A DNA stretch of 34,075 nucleotides from IMG/VR virus record IMGVR_UViG_3300048579_000166, positions 1-34,075 of that record; one strand, written 5' to 3'. The stretch comes from a virus. Taxonomy: Duplodnaviria; Caudoviricetes. The notes below the pieces were generated by a model. The model saw only the letters and a program-made list of their open reading frames with translations. It had not been told where the DNA came from and searched no databases. Position 1 is the first letter of the stretch; each line of letters opens with the position of its first letter. This document shows, one piece after another, positions 9,184 through 18,512 of this stretch. A program made the position numbers and the translations under genes.

Positions 9184-9533
9184 GCAATCATATATTTAGG
9201 TGGCTTCGGTATTTTTTCGTTTTGAGGTCTCCACAAATGCAAGCAATAAGGAAATAAATTGATATTATCTTGATCTGACGGGTTGTACTGTATGGTCCAT
9301 TCATCAGGCTTAAAGAATAGCTTTTTTATATAACACATTTCATCCCAAGTGGGGCACCGATTATTATAAGATACTGATACATGGTCCCATCCATCACCCC
9401 AACTAAAAACTACAATCATATTCTTTTTAGCACCTGAATAATTAACATATGCCGAGTCGCCATCAATACCAGCTTTTATAAGTATAATTCTTTTATTCTC
9501 AGCTATTTCTTGTAGCGATTTCATTATTATCAC
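9180..9533 (-). CDS. Conserved phage protein of unknown function
   Basis: WDHVSVS...PTWDEMCYIK...CLHLWRP pattern. Confidence 0.75.
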   Translation of the reverse strand: MIIMKSLQEIAENKRIILIKAGIDGDSAYVNYSGAKKNMIVVFSWGDGWDHVSVSYNNRCPTWDEMCYIKKLFFKPDEWTIQYNPSDQDNINLFPYCLHLWRPQNEKIPKPPKYMIA

Positions 9534-9539
9534 GCCTTC

Positions 9540-10148
9540 CTATATCACCTTGCCACCATGTTTATAAGGCCGAGTTTTGTTATATTCGTGCTTGATTTCA
9601 ATTGCGGCATCAATGTCTATGTTATTTAGCTCACAGAAGCGGTATATTAACCAGATACAATTTGCTAAGTTAATGTTTTTATTTACTTCATCATTTGTTT
9701 CATCTTCATCAAACGCCTTACTTATGTAGCTGTGAGCGTTAGCAAGAAACTTTCCAAAATTCTTTATGTCGTAATACATGCTTGTTGTGACCACCAAAAA
9801 CTCAATAGGAATATCTTTCCTTCCGGAATAGTCTAAAATCCTAATAATGCAGTCAGCAAGCTCAATCGGTATTCCTTCGGGCTTTGGATTTTCGCACTTT
9901 TCACATATTCCAAGTTCTAAAGCCGGACAATCTTTTTCATGTGGTATTCCATTATCACACATGAAGTATACTTCATCTAGTTTATGACCATTCCTGAACT
10001 CTTCTAATGCTTCTGAAAGCTCACTATGAAACAAACATATTATTTCTTCAAAAGGTCTATCTTCTTCCCACCATCCATGGTCAACAGCATTTTGGTGAAT
10101 ATCTTTAGCCCACTGATTTAAACCTTTACTCATATACAGCCCCTCCAA
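9540..10148 (-). CDS. MazG-like all-alpha NTP pyrophosphohydrolase
   Basis: HSELSEALEE and ELADCIIRILD motifs; K..YN..R C-terminus. Confidence 0.75.
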   Translation of the reverse strand: MEGLYMSKGLNQWAKDIHQNAVDHGWWEEDRPFEEIICLFHSELSEALEEFRNGHKLDEVYFMCDNGIPHEKDCPALELGICEKCENPKPEGIPIELADCIIRILDYSGRKDIPIEFLVVTTSMYYDIKNFGKFLANAHSYISKAFDEDETNDEVNKNINLANCIWLIYRFCELNNIDIDAAIEIKHEYNKTRPYKHGGKVI

Positions 10149-10371
10149 TCTCTACTTTTGTTTGTAGCTCCTCTATTATCTTGCTGGCCTCCTTGGTAGT
10201 CATGTTGATAAAATCATAATCGTCAGGCTCACCAAGCTGAAGCGTTAAGTCTTTTATAAAATCAACCTGCTTAAATGTTGCAGGAGAAATACTTGCAATA
10301 TGTTCCTCGCACTTTTTATTTGTGCAGCTGCCCTTGATCTTTAGGCTGCCACACTTGCAAAATTCAGCCAT
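10126..10371 (-). CDS. Hypothetical protein with N-terminal Cys cluster
   Basis: 81-aa ORF with GGAGGTG RBS. Confidence 0.65.
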   Translation of the reverse strand: MAEFCKCGSLKIKGSCTNKKCEEHIASISPATFKQVDFIKDLTLQLGEPDDYDFINMTTKEASKIIEELQTKVEIGGAVYE

Positions 10372-10390
10372 GACCTCACACCTCCGTTAA

Positions 10391-10612
10391 TTACCTTTGA
10401 CAAAGGCATATAAATTGCTTATTTGAAAGCTTGCATTTATCGGCTTTACAATTCTCACATGGTGTTCCCTTATTTTTTCTTCTTTGTTTGAGAATCTTTC
10501 TAAAATGCCTATACTTAAAATTTGATATGTTTGAGCCCAAAGACCTTCGCAATCTTAAATAAGAATTAATCTCATAATTTAGTATTTTCTGTATTTTATT
10601 CAATTCAACCAT
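10391..10612 (-). CDS. Basic hypothetical protein
   Basis: 73-aa ORF with AAAGGA RBS very close to the start. Confidence 0.45.
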   Translation of the reverse strand: MVELNKIQKILNYEINSYLRLRRSLGSNISNFKYRHFRKILKQRRKNKGTPCENCKADKCKLSNKQFICLCQR

Positions 10613-10688
10613 TCCTTTCGTTAATTAACTTTTGATTGCTCCCGATATCGACCATATTGTGCACTTGACCAAATTGGTTTAATTTGTT

Positions 10689-10862
10689 CTAAAGTGCTAT
10701 TTCCATGATTTCGTTATATAGTTCTTGGGTTCGTTCCCCTTTATTAAAGCGATCTCTTAGAGGATTTATAGTAAATCTCATTGCAAACAGACCTGCTGAA
10801 CCTATTTCCGCATAGGCCGACTCACAACATTTTAAATGTTCTTCTGCTTTTCCCCAGTCCAT
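10689..10862 (-). CDS. Small hypothetical protein (57 aa, MDWGKAEEHLKCCESAY...)
   Basis: Translated by hand; GGAGGT RBS within the end of the radical SAM gene. Confidence 0.6.
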   Translation of the reverse strand: MDWGKAEEHLKCCESAYAEIGSAGLFAMRFTINPLRDRFNKGERTQELYNEIMEIAL

Positions 10863-10864
10863 AT

Positions 10865-11770
10865 TTACACCTCCAGTAAACTTAATTGCTTATATTTTTT
10901 ATCCCGTTCTTTGACCCATGGTTTATATTCATCCCATGAACATTTGTAGAAAACAAAACCATTGACCCATCTTTCAAAATGCTTTAGCCTGATATCTTTT
11001 TTATCATTAAAGACCATAACATAAGGCAATATTTTCAGCTTTCTAAGCTTTTCAAATCTGTACATATCCTCTTCAAAAGCGGTGTTGAATCCGCAAAGTA
11101 TGTAACACTTTAGCCTTGAACCACTGCAATATTGTGTCATTACTTCTATCCCTTGCATTACCTGCTTTTCATATTTCATGAGATCCCAAGCAAACTTTAT
11201 TCTGTCTTTATGCCTTATACTTGTTATTGCTTTAGCCTTTTCGTCTGTCATTAGCCTAATATCTAATCCTTGGCAAATATTTATCGTAAGATTTCTTTCT
11301 TTGATCTCTTGACATTTATCAGTCATTAACGGGTCGGCTGTAAAGTTGTTGTCCAGAAGTGTTAAATTAGGACCGTTTATAATGTCTGATATCTTTTGGT
11401 CTTGGCAAAGCTTTCCTTCTTTCTTTGGAACAAAACAGAATTCGCAGTTTCGAATGCAACCTCTGGTCGTAAATCCCATACCTTCAGTAAAGTTGTATAA
11501 ACTATAGTCACAATTCATTTTCTCAACTTCAGAAGGAAGTTTCTTTTTAATGTCCCAACTGGTGCCACCAATTTCTATTCCTGGATATATGTTTTGCAGT
11601 AATTCACAGCGATACTTTGATTTTGTGAATATAGCTGAAGCATAGACTTTGTCAGGCTTATCACATTTGTTCAAAAACACAGTGTCACCATTAGCTTTAT
11701 GATAAGCAGATAGTTTCATTAAAGCGATATTTGGAATTTTGCTGTCAACATCTATCAATAGCACCTTCAT
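10865..11770 (-). CDS. Radical SAM protein with a short N-terminal domain resembling B12-binding-type rSAM enzymes
   Basis: TTRGCIRNCEFC (CxxxCxxC), LDNNF, PNIALMKLSAY. Confidence 0.9.
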   Translation of the reverse strand: MKVLLIDVDSKIPNIALMKLSAYHKANGDTVFLNKCDKPDKVYASAIFTKSKYRCELLQNIYPGIEIGGTSWDIKKKLPSEVEKMNCDYSLYNFTEGMGFTTRGCIRNCEFCFVPKKEGKLCQDQKISDIINGPNLTLLDNNFTADPLMTDKCQEIKERNLTINICQGLDIRLMTDEKAKAITSIRHKDRIKFAWDLMKYEKQVMQGIEVMTQYCSGSRLKCYILCGFNTAFEEDMYRFEKLRKLKILPYVMVFNDKKDIRLKHFERWVNGFVFYKCSWDEYKPWVKERDKKYKQLSLLEV

Positions 11771-11781
11771 AAATTCAACCC

Positions 11782-11946
11782 CTATCTTTTGGGAGTCCAG
11801 TCCCAGCCTTGCTCCACCAATTCTGCAAGACCATGTTTATCGTAATGCCTTAGAAGAGCTGCTATTATTGCTGGAACTATTGTTTCCGGGAGTTTCTTTA
11901 GCATTAGATATAACTTTGCACCGTACATACTTGCTTGTTTGTCCAT
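11782..11946 (-). CDS. Small hypothetical protein (54 aa)
   Basis: Translated by hand; AGGGGG RBS. Confidence 0.5.
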   Translation of the reverse strand: MDKQASMYGAKLYLMLKKLPETIVPAIIAALLRHYDKHGLAELVEQGWDWTPKR

Positions 11947-12112
11947 AATTGCCCCCTTTGGGTCGGGTGAAGGCTGCCCGACCGTGTAAATTGCCCCTTT
12001 TGTCCCTTACTAATACTTAACGTATCCTTTTTTTTGTTTAGCCCAGGTCTTACAGATGGCACCTCTTCGACCTGAGGTTATATCAACACCAGCCTTCATA
12101 GCGGTGATTTAA

Positions 12113-12334
12113 TTAAAACGGTAATTCATCACTGGATTCTGCTCTTATTGATTTTGAATTTCCATAGGCATGTTTAAATATTTCCTCGTATGCATCGCCA
12201 GATATCCAGCCAACATAAATTGTATTTTTGATTTCACCTTTGCATAGTTTGATAGATAATGGAATCTCTATGCCGGCAAGTTTTAAACGTTTATCAATGA
12301 TTTTTATAATTTCATTTTTATCCACTAAAATCAT
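12113..12334 (-). CDS. Hypothetical protein ending in an SSB-like acidic tail (SDELPF)
   Basis: 73-aa ORF with AAAGG RBS very close to the start. Confidence 0.6.
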   Translation of the reverse strand: MILVDKNEIIKIIDKRLKLAGIEIPLSIKLCKGEIKNTIYVGWISGDAYEEIFKHAYGNSKSIRAESSDELPF

Positions 12335-12338
12335 CCTT

Positions 12339-14852
12339 TCAACTTATGGCCACATTGAATAAATCAAACAATGTTGGGGTTATCGTGGTTGTTTCAGTTG
12401 CTTTCAGGTACCCAACTCCATCCCTGAAATAATCTGCATTAAGCTCAACTCCATAACCTTTTCTGCCCATTTTGACAGCTGTTACAGGGACTGTCATGAG
12501 GCCTCCAAAGGGGTCAAATACAACATCACCTGGATTAGAGTATCTGTTGATTATTCGCTCAACTATGTCAATCTGGAGAGGACACACATGGAGCTGCAAC
12601 CGCTTTTGACTTTGTTTGGTGTTCATAGTTTTCATGCGATTGATATCATCCCAAACTTCGTCTGTCCAGGAACCAGGAGCCACAACCATAAAAGTTGCAG
12701 GTAATTTCCCGTCAGTATCGAGCTTTTTAGCCAGTTCCACATGCTCTTCATAACTGTAAATGGTTTCCCTTGAGAATTTTCTATAAGCCGCCTGAAGCTT
12801 ATTGACTGGTACCGCTGCGAGTTCATCTTTTGAGATCAATCTATCTCCGGATGATCTCCAAAAACCATGTGCGTCGATCTGCCATTGGGCCCTTGTGTAA
12901 TCCTCTTTTGACTTAGTAACCGGTATGTCCGCATAAGCTTTGCTTCTGTCTGTGGGTAACTTCCTGAATAACAATATGTATTCTGGGCAACCTACGCCCA
13001 TTTTGGTCCCGTCCTTGCATTGTTCTGTCCAGCCAAGGCGGTATGTTTGGTTGTTTTCCCTGACCACATCTGTAATGACTGTTATCATGCCGAAGTACTG
13101 GAAACCATGTTTCATATAGTGATTGATGCACATTGCGTGGAATGGCTCTATAGTTGGCATTCCTGTACCAGTTGTATTGCCGAATAACACACGGTCCTTG
13201 ACATGGCAGGCTAATACTCTACCGGGGTTCAATATCCTTAACATCTGTGGTGATAGAAAATCCATTTGCTCGAAAAACATTTCTGTATCTTTGTTATGGC
13301 CAAGGTCGTTATAACTTGGCGTATACTCATAGTGGTTACTGAATGGAATCGATGTGTGAATGAGATCAACACTGTTAGATTCCATATGTTCACATTCAAG
13401 TATACAATCGTTATTTACCGCTACCCAGTTGTTACCTTCCACTTTCACACGTTCCACCCCCATACTTCTTGTCATTTTGTCTATTATCGATGTATTACTA
13501 AGTCCATGTTTTTTGATAATTGCGGTCATTTTCTCTGTAAGGTAATCATGTTGCTTCCATTTCTCCAAAAGTGCCTGTAAAATCTGCCTTTCGCTTTCGG
13601 TGTATATAATGTCTATAATTACTTTTTCTGTTTGTAAAAAACGATGTGTCCTATGGATGCTTTGGATAAAATCATTGAACTCATAGTCAATTCCCAGATA
13701 TATGGCTCTATGGCAATGTCGCTGGAAATTGCACCCGGACCCGCTAAGATCCTTTTTAGTGGCGAACCGTTTTATTCGGCCTTCTGAGAAGTCAATTACC
13801 CTTTGTTCCCTCAAGTCTAAATCTTGGCTACCATAGATATCAACTACATCAGGTATTGCCTTCTTGATGGCCAGTCTTTCAGCCTCCAGGTCGTGCCATA
13901 ATATAAAGTGGTCATCTGGATTTTGATTGACTATTTCGGCCATTTTTGCCACTCTGGAATCAATACTGTCTCGCTTTTCTTTTGCTGCATCCTGGAGTGA
14001 CAAAGCTGCATTCCTTATGAGTTTCATTTGCCCGTTACGGTCAACTCCTGCCGTCAAGTGGTCAACGGGAATTTCGTGGTACCTAACTTCGAGTTCAGGC
14101 AAATCATATCCCTCGTCAGAGTATCCCAAGTCAGATGGTTTTTGTATAAATAACGCCCAGCTACTTACCCAGAGCCAAAACTCCTCTTCTTTATGAGGAT
14201 ATAAAGTTAAGTTGTTAGCCTTGGTAGAATCCCTCTGAAAAAATCTCGTAAGTGCTTGCCCGGTATCCATGATTTTCAGGTACCCAGCATAATGTATTAA
14301 TTCTTTGTACCGGTTAGGTGATGGTGTAGCAGTAGAAACCAACTCATAAGGTACCTCTTTGAATTTGTCAAGGAACGTTTGGTAAGTCTTACTTCCAAAG
14401 CTCCTGAGGACTGAAGCTTCGTCAAGGGATGTTGCTGTAAAATAAGTTGGGTCAATATCCCCATCTCTAACCCGCTCATAGTTTGTCAGGAGAATAGTTT
14501 CTTTGGCCTTTATGGCTTCATCCATAGTCTTTATGTATTTTGGCAGCTCCATGCCCAATAAATTAACCGCATCCCTGGTAAACTCTTGTTTAACCCCAAG
14601 CGGTAAAACTATAAGAGCCTTACCGCCTATTTTTTCTGTCACTATCCTGCAAAACTCCAACTCCTGAAGGGTTTTCCCAAGCCCAAACGCCTCAAACAAT
14701 CCACGTCTACCGCCTTTTATCGCCCATTTAACAGCATCTCTTTGGTGTGGCTTAAGTATGGGGTGAATGTCACTATCAGATATCTCAAAGCCTGAATCTT
14801 TAGCTACTTCAACTTTTGAAAGCAGAAAATCCTTATACCCCATCATCATCAC
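12339..14852 (-). CDS. SF2/SNF2-like helicase fused to a beta-class N4/N6 DNA methyltransferase
   Basis: GLGKT, DEAS, TATP, QSIHRTHR helicase motifs; TSIPF catalytic motif precedes VFDPFGG SAM-binding motif. Confidence 0.88.
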   Translation of the reverse strand: MMMMGYKDFLLSKVEVAKDSGFEISDSDIHPILKPHQRDAVKWAIKGGRRGLFEAFGLGKTLQELEFCRIVTEKIGGKALIVLPLGVKQEFTRDAVNLLGMELPKYIKTMDEAIKAKETILLTNYERVRDGDIDPTYFTATSLDEASVLRSFGSKTYQTFLDKFKEVPYELVSTATPSPNRYKELIHYAGYLKIMDTGQALTRFFQRDSTKANNLTLYPHKEEEFWLWVSSWALFIQKPSDLGYSDEGYDLPELEVRYHEIPVDHLTAGVDRNGQMKLIRNAALSLQDAAKEKRDSIDSRVAKMAEIVNQNPDDHFILWHDLEAERLAIKKAIPDVVDIYGSQDLDLREQRVIDFSEGRIKRFATKKDLSGSGCNFQRHCHRAIYLGIDYEFNDFIQSIHRTHRFLQTEKVIIDIIYTESERQILQALLEKWKQHDYLTEKMTAIIKKHGLSNTSIIDKMTRSMGVERVKVEGNNWVAVNNDCILECEHMESNSVDLIHTSIPFSNHYEYTPSYNDLGHNKDTEMFFEQMDFLSPQMLRILNPGRVLACHVKDRVLFGNTTGTGMPTIEPFHAMCINHYMKHGFQYFGMITVITDVVRENNQTYRLGWTEQCKDGTKMGVGCPEYILLFRKLPTDRSKAYADIPVTKSKEDYTRAQWQIDAHGFWRSSGDRLISKDELAAVPVNKLQAAYRKFSRETIYSYEEHVELAKKLDTDGKLPATFMVVAPGSWTDEVWDDINRMKTMNTKQSQKRLQLHVCPLQIDIVERIINRYSNPGDVVFDPFGGLMTVPVTAVKMGRKGYGVELNADYFRDGVGYLKATETTTITPTLFDLFNVAIS

Positions 14853-14921
14853 CTATTCTGTAGTAGTACTCGAATCCGTCCGGGTCTAATATTTTGGTGT
14901 CTTTATCTTCATCCATCATAA

Positions 14922-16031
14922 TCACCCTTTCTCTATTCTTACAGGGGCACATATATGGAAGAATTCATTCCCCTCTACCGGTGCTATAAAAACTGGTTTA
15001 AACCCACCTAAAAATTGAAGTATAATAGATTCGTCATCGATTGATTTAATGGCATTAATAAGCATTTTAGGATTAAATCCATTTTTCACATATGACCCTT
15101 CAACTTTTTTAGCTGTTATTTCGCTGTTGCTTTCGCCGAACTCCGATGAGTAATTAACATTAATTTTGTTTCCTTCAACTGTAATAAATAACGGTGGATT
15201 TTTTGACATGTCAGTACTTGGAATAAACGGGAATACGGCTTCTAAGGCATTACGCAATTCTTTTGTTTTAATTTCTACGGAGGCAGCAAAGTCATTTCTG
15301 AAAAAAGTTGGAAAATCAAAATATTCTCCCGTTAGTGTATTAGCAGTTACTAAATAGCTATCTGTTTCAAACAGTACCTGATTGCGATTTTTGTAAATTT
15401 TGACTGTTCCTTGATTCTCGAGTATTTTTGATATATCTGTAATCACCTTTCCTAAAATCACCGCTTCAAACTCATTGACGCTTGTTTTAATCCTTCTGAT
15501 TGCTACACAATTTCCATCTGATGCAGTACCATTCATGTAGCCATTTGATATTTTTATTTGTTCTCCATTAAGCGGAGCTCTTTGAGGGTCAGCACACACC
15601 GCAAATGCAGTTTTGTTAATAAGATCTTTAAGATCTTTCTGGTTTATTTCTATAACTTCTCCCCCTTTTGCACCCGTAATGGGTAAAGCCGGATACGCAT
15701 CTGCTTCAAGCCCTTTGATTTTTACAGAGGAATTCTCACCTTCAATCAGCATCGTGAGACCCTTGAGGGTTATGTCAAGTTCCCCTTTGAGATTTCTGAC
15801 AACATCCGAAAATAATTTTGCGTTGACGACAACCTTTCCTGGCTTAAGTACTTCGCACTCACATTTTGCTTGTATACCAATTTCATAGTTGTTTCCGGTT
15901 ATCTTCAATATGCCGTCTTCGGCTTCAAGCAGTACACCTTCAAGGATCTTTTGTAGCGGTTTTGGACTGACTGCTTTTAAGGCCTTATCTAATGTATTTA
16001 TAAGCAGAGTCTTATCTATAGCTATCTTCAT
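14922..16031 (-). CDS. dnaN: DNA polymerase III beta sliding clamp (phage-encoded)
   Basis: 369 aa; ILEGVLLEA, ITGNNYEIGI, TAFAV, ASDG, GFNPKMLINAIK, C-terminal PVR. Confidence 0.9.
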   Translation of the reverse strand: MKIAIDKTLLINTLDKALKAVSPKPLQKILEGVLLEAEDGILKITGNNYEIGIQAKCECEVLKPGKVVVNAKLFSDVVRNLKGELDITLKGLTMLIEGENSSVKIKGLEADAYPALPITGAKGGEVIEINQKDLKDLINKTAFAVCADPQRAPLNGEQIKISNGYMNGTASDGNCVAIRRIKTSVNEFEAVILGKVITDISKILENQGTVKIYKNRNQVLFETDSYLVTANTLTGEYFDFPTFFRNDFAASVEIKTKELRNALEAVFPFIPSTDMSKNPPLFITVEGNKINVNYSSEFGESNSEITAKKVEGSYVKNGFNPKMLINAIKSIDDESIILQFLGGFKPVFIAPVEGNEFFHICAPVRIEKG

Positions 16032-17209
16032 CTAAATACCTCCAATCTTCTGGCAATTTCATATATAACATTTACCGTAACTGAATTTCCTGCTTGTTTG
16101 TAAAGCTGACTGTCTGAGTTGACTAACGCAGCTCTATTGAAATATTCATCAGGAAATCCTTGGAGCCTGAAACACTCTTTTGGAATTAATCTGCGTATCC
16201 TTTTTTTATTAACAATTCCAAACGAACCACAATGAGTCGTGCTTGAGTTTCCGCTAGCTGTTAATGTTCCACATAATCCATCATTTCTCTGTTTGTGGTT
16301 GTATAAGTCAAAGATTGCAGCTCCGTGTATATCTTGAGTTGTTAATGTAAACATTGGCTCATTATTATCTTTTATTCTTCTGCCATTTTGCCTTTTTTCT
16401 TCTCTGTCTGGTGTTAAAACAGCTTTTACTTCAATTATACTTGTTCTATCCTGTCGAGCTAAAATGCCTTTGTGATAATTTGCATCAATGCAGTGAGAAT
16501 TCCCTTCTTTATCAGTTTTATATGGTTCAACTATCAAGTCCATATCTGAATGATTTCCACCACTATGACCTCCGCCTGTTAAGCATGAGGCAATGCTTTT
16601 ATTTTTTTTATTGCCTTTCTTATCAATTAAACAAACATTTGATTCTACGGCTTTCTTAACAATCTCTCCGTTGCCTCTTGCGAGAGGAAATATTTTTCGG
16701 GTACCTGCTCCTCTAAGATGTCCGATAATGAACACTCTTTTCCTGTTCTGTGGGACTCCAAAATTTTTACTGTTAAGCAATTGCCATTCTGCATCATACC
16801 CCAGTTCATCCATTGCAACGAGGATTGTTCCGAAAGTCCGTCCTCCATCATGGTTAAGTAATCCTGCAACATTTTCAAGGAATAATATTTTTGGTCTGTT
16901 GTCATAGGCAAGCCTGAACACCTCAAAAACAAGAGTTCCTCGCATATCTTCGAAACCTCTCCGTTTGCCAGCAATTGAGAAAGCTTGACAAGGGAAACCT
17001 CCGCAATAGCAATCTGCTTTTGGAATATCTGAGGAAACAACTCTTCTAATGTCATTTTCATACCATTCATCCTCTCTTGGGTTATGCATTCCCCTATAAC
17101 TTTTGTCTGCAAATTTATCAATTTCACAGTGTCCTAAGCATTTATGACTAGCCATTTCCATTCCAAGACGAAAACCCCCGATGCCTGCAAAAAAATCTAT
17201 AAATGTCAT
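16028..17209 (-). CDS. C5 DNA cytosine methyltransferase
   Basis: FAGIGG, GFPCQAFS, ENV, QNRKR, RRLIPKECFRLQGF and GNSV motifs. Confidence 0.95.
   Translation of the reverse strand: MTFIDFFAGIGGFRLGMEMASHKCLGHCEIDKFADKSYRGMHNPREDEWYENDIRRVVSSDIPKADCYCGGFPCQAFSIAGKRRGFEDMRGTLVFEVFRLAYDNRPKILFLENVAGLLNHDGGRTFGTILVAMDELGYDAEWQLLNSKNFGVPQNRKRVFIIGHLRGAGTRKIFPLARGNGEIVKKAVESNVCLIDKKGNKKNKSIASCLTGGGHSGGNHSDMDLIVEPYKTDKEGNSHCIDANYHKGILARQDRTSIIEVKAVLTPDREEKRQNGRRIKDNNEPMFTLTTQDIHGAAIFDLYNHKQRNDGLCGTLTASGNSSTTHCGSFGIVNKKRIRRLIPKECFRLQGFPDEYFNRAALVNSDSQLYKQAGNSVTVNVIYEIARRLEVFR
16645..17127 (-). CDS. Overlapping alternative-frame ORF inside the C5 MTase (M.EcoHK31I beta-like); start uncertain
   Basis: 160 open codons ending CSLSDILEEQVPEKYFLSQEATERLL. 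Confidence 0.45.
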   Translation of the reverse strand: MKLINLQTKVIGECITQERMNGMKMTLEELFPQIFQKQIAIAEVSLVKLSQLLANGEVSKICEELLFLRCSGLPMTTDQKYYSLKMLQDYLTMMEDGLSEQSSLQWMNWGMMQNGNCLTVKILESHRTGKECSLSDILEEQVPEKYFLSQEATERLLRKP

Positions 17210-18501
17210 GATGCTTCACCATCCTCAACATCTGGGTCGAAGTCTGGTTCTTCCTCAACCCATGTGTCATCTTTCAAAATTAGCTTATCAACTCGGTCAA
17301 ATATACAGGGCCTCATTTCAAGAAGTTGCTGTGGCTCAAGCATATCAAACAAAGTTATAACACCGTTTCTCTTTGCGATCTGTAAGGCTTTTATTTGTTC
17401 AGCCATTCCAAGTTCCATGAATGCTCTCCACTGTTTGTTGTGGGTCCTTCTTAACATGGCCATGTGATTATTTTTGTAGAGCAGATCAGTACCACATCCC
17501 ATGCAGCCATTACGTTTTATAGTGTAGTATTTGCCGCTTTCATCAGTCCACCCCATGTTATACAGGTCTGAATACGGCACATTGAATCTGTGTATGTATG
17601 CCCAAATATCATCATCTGTCCATATTGAAATTGGGTTACAGTGCCAAAAGGAATCTCCTGACTTTTCTAAATGTGGCCTTTTTGATTCAAAAAGGTATCC
17701 TCTGCTCATGAAGTTAGTTTGCCGTGATCTGGACTCAGAAGCCATCAGCCCTTTAAATATGACATCAACATCCCATTCAGCTTGAAGCTTTTCAGAAGGT
17801 TCCTTTTTAAGCACATCACAGCATGCCTGAGATATTTTTACCTGCTTTAAAATGTCATAATAGGCAAGTAGCTTGGGGTCCTCACTCTGACTTTGTGAGA
17901 AATTAAGAAAGCAATCTATGTTTATTCTGTGAGCTTTAAGTTTAGAGAATGCTTTCCCTAACAATGGCCATCCGTATTGGTCAACACACCACCAGTACGA
18001 TTTTCTGGTGCCTTCTGGCCATATTAAGCCTTGTTCCTCAAATTCCTCATACATGCATCCTGGGCAAGCTGCTTCAAGAGTTCCAGTAGTTTTAAGTTTT
18101 CCATCGTCCTTAAGTACTTCTTGTACTTTGTCATTGTCAATAAGGTATTGTAGTACCTTTTGCTGAGCTGGGTATTTCAAGCTCTTTTTCTCAGTTCTTT
18201 CAGGCTTAGTCTCTTGAAAGTTACTCTTCCAGTCTTTCTTAAGCTGTCTGGCAAACTTAACACATTCAGGATATTCAACGCCGGTATTTCCGTAGATGAT
18301 AACAAACCTTTCAGCCCATTCAGGGAAATATGTCCTTATAAGGTACCAGAGAACCGTACTGTCTTTACCTCCTGAGAATGCTATTGCAGGCCGATGTTTG
18401 CATACTGCCAAACCTGAGGCAACCGCTTCAACTGCTTTGCTGATTTTATAATCTAGATCTTTCTTTTGCTCTATCTCTAAATCTTTGTAACCTATGTACA
18501 T
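17206..18501 (-). CDS. PAPS reductase family (CysH/DndC-like) protein
   Basis: PP-loop AFSGGKDSTVL, ACCDVLKKEP and RNGCMGC Fe-S motifs. Confidence 0.9.
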   Translation of the reverse strand: MYIGYKDLEIEQKKDLDYKISKAVEAVASGLAVCKHRPAIAFSGGKDSTVLWYLIRTYFPEWAERFVIIYGNTGVEYPECVKFARQLKKDWKSNFQETKPERTEKKSLKYPAQQKVLQYLIDNDKVQEVLKDDGKLKTTGTLEAACPGCMYEEFEEQGLIWPEGTRKSYWWCVDQYGWPLLGKAFSKLKAHRINIDCFLNFSQSQSEDPKLLAYYDILKQVKISQACCDVLKKEPSEKLQAEWDVDVIFKGLMASESRSRQTNFMSRGYLFESKRPHLEKSGDSFWHCNPISIWTDDDIWAYIHRFNVPYSDLYNMGWTDESGKYYTIKRNGCMGCGTDLLYKNNHMAMLRRTHNKQWRAFMELGMAEQIKALQIAKRNGVITLFDMLEPQQLLEMRPCIFDRVDKLILKDDTWVEEEPDFDPDVEDGEAS

Positions 18502-18512
18502 ACGGCACCCCT

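Noticed and set aside
12632-14479. Short alternative-frame and antisense ORFs inside the helicase-MTase
   Set aside because: Short, with no recognisable motif, unlike the nested ORF in the C5 MTase
17206-18501. Complete Dnd/Ssp phosphorothioation system or sulfate-assimilation auxiliary gene
   Set aside because: No partner dnd, ssp or cys genes in the window; only family membership is supportable
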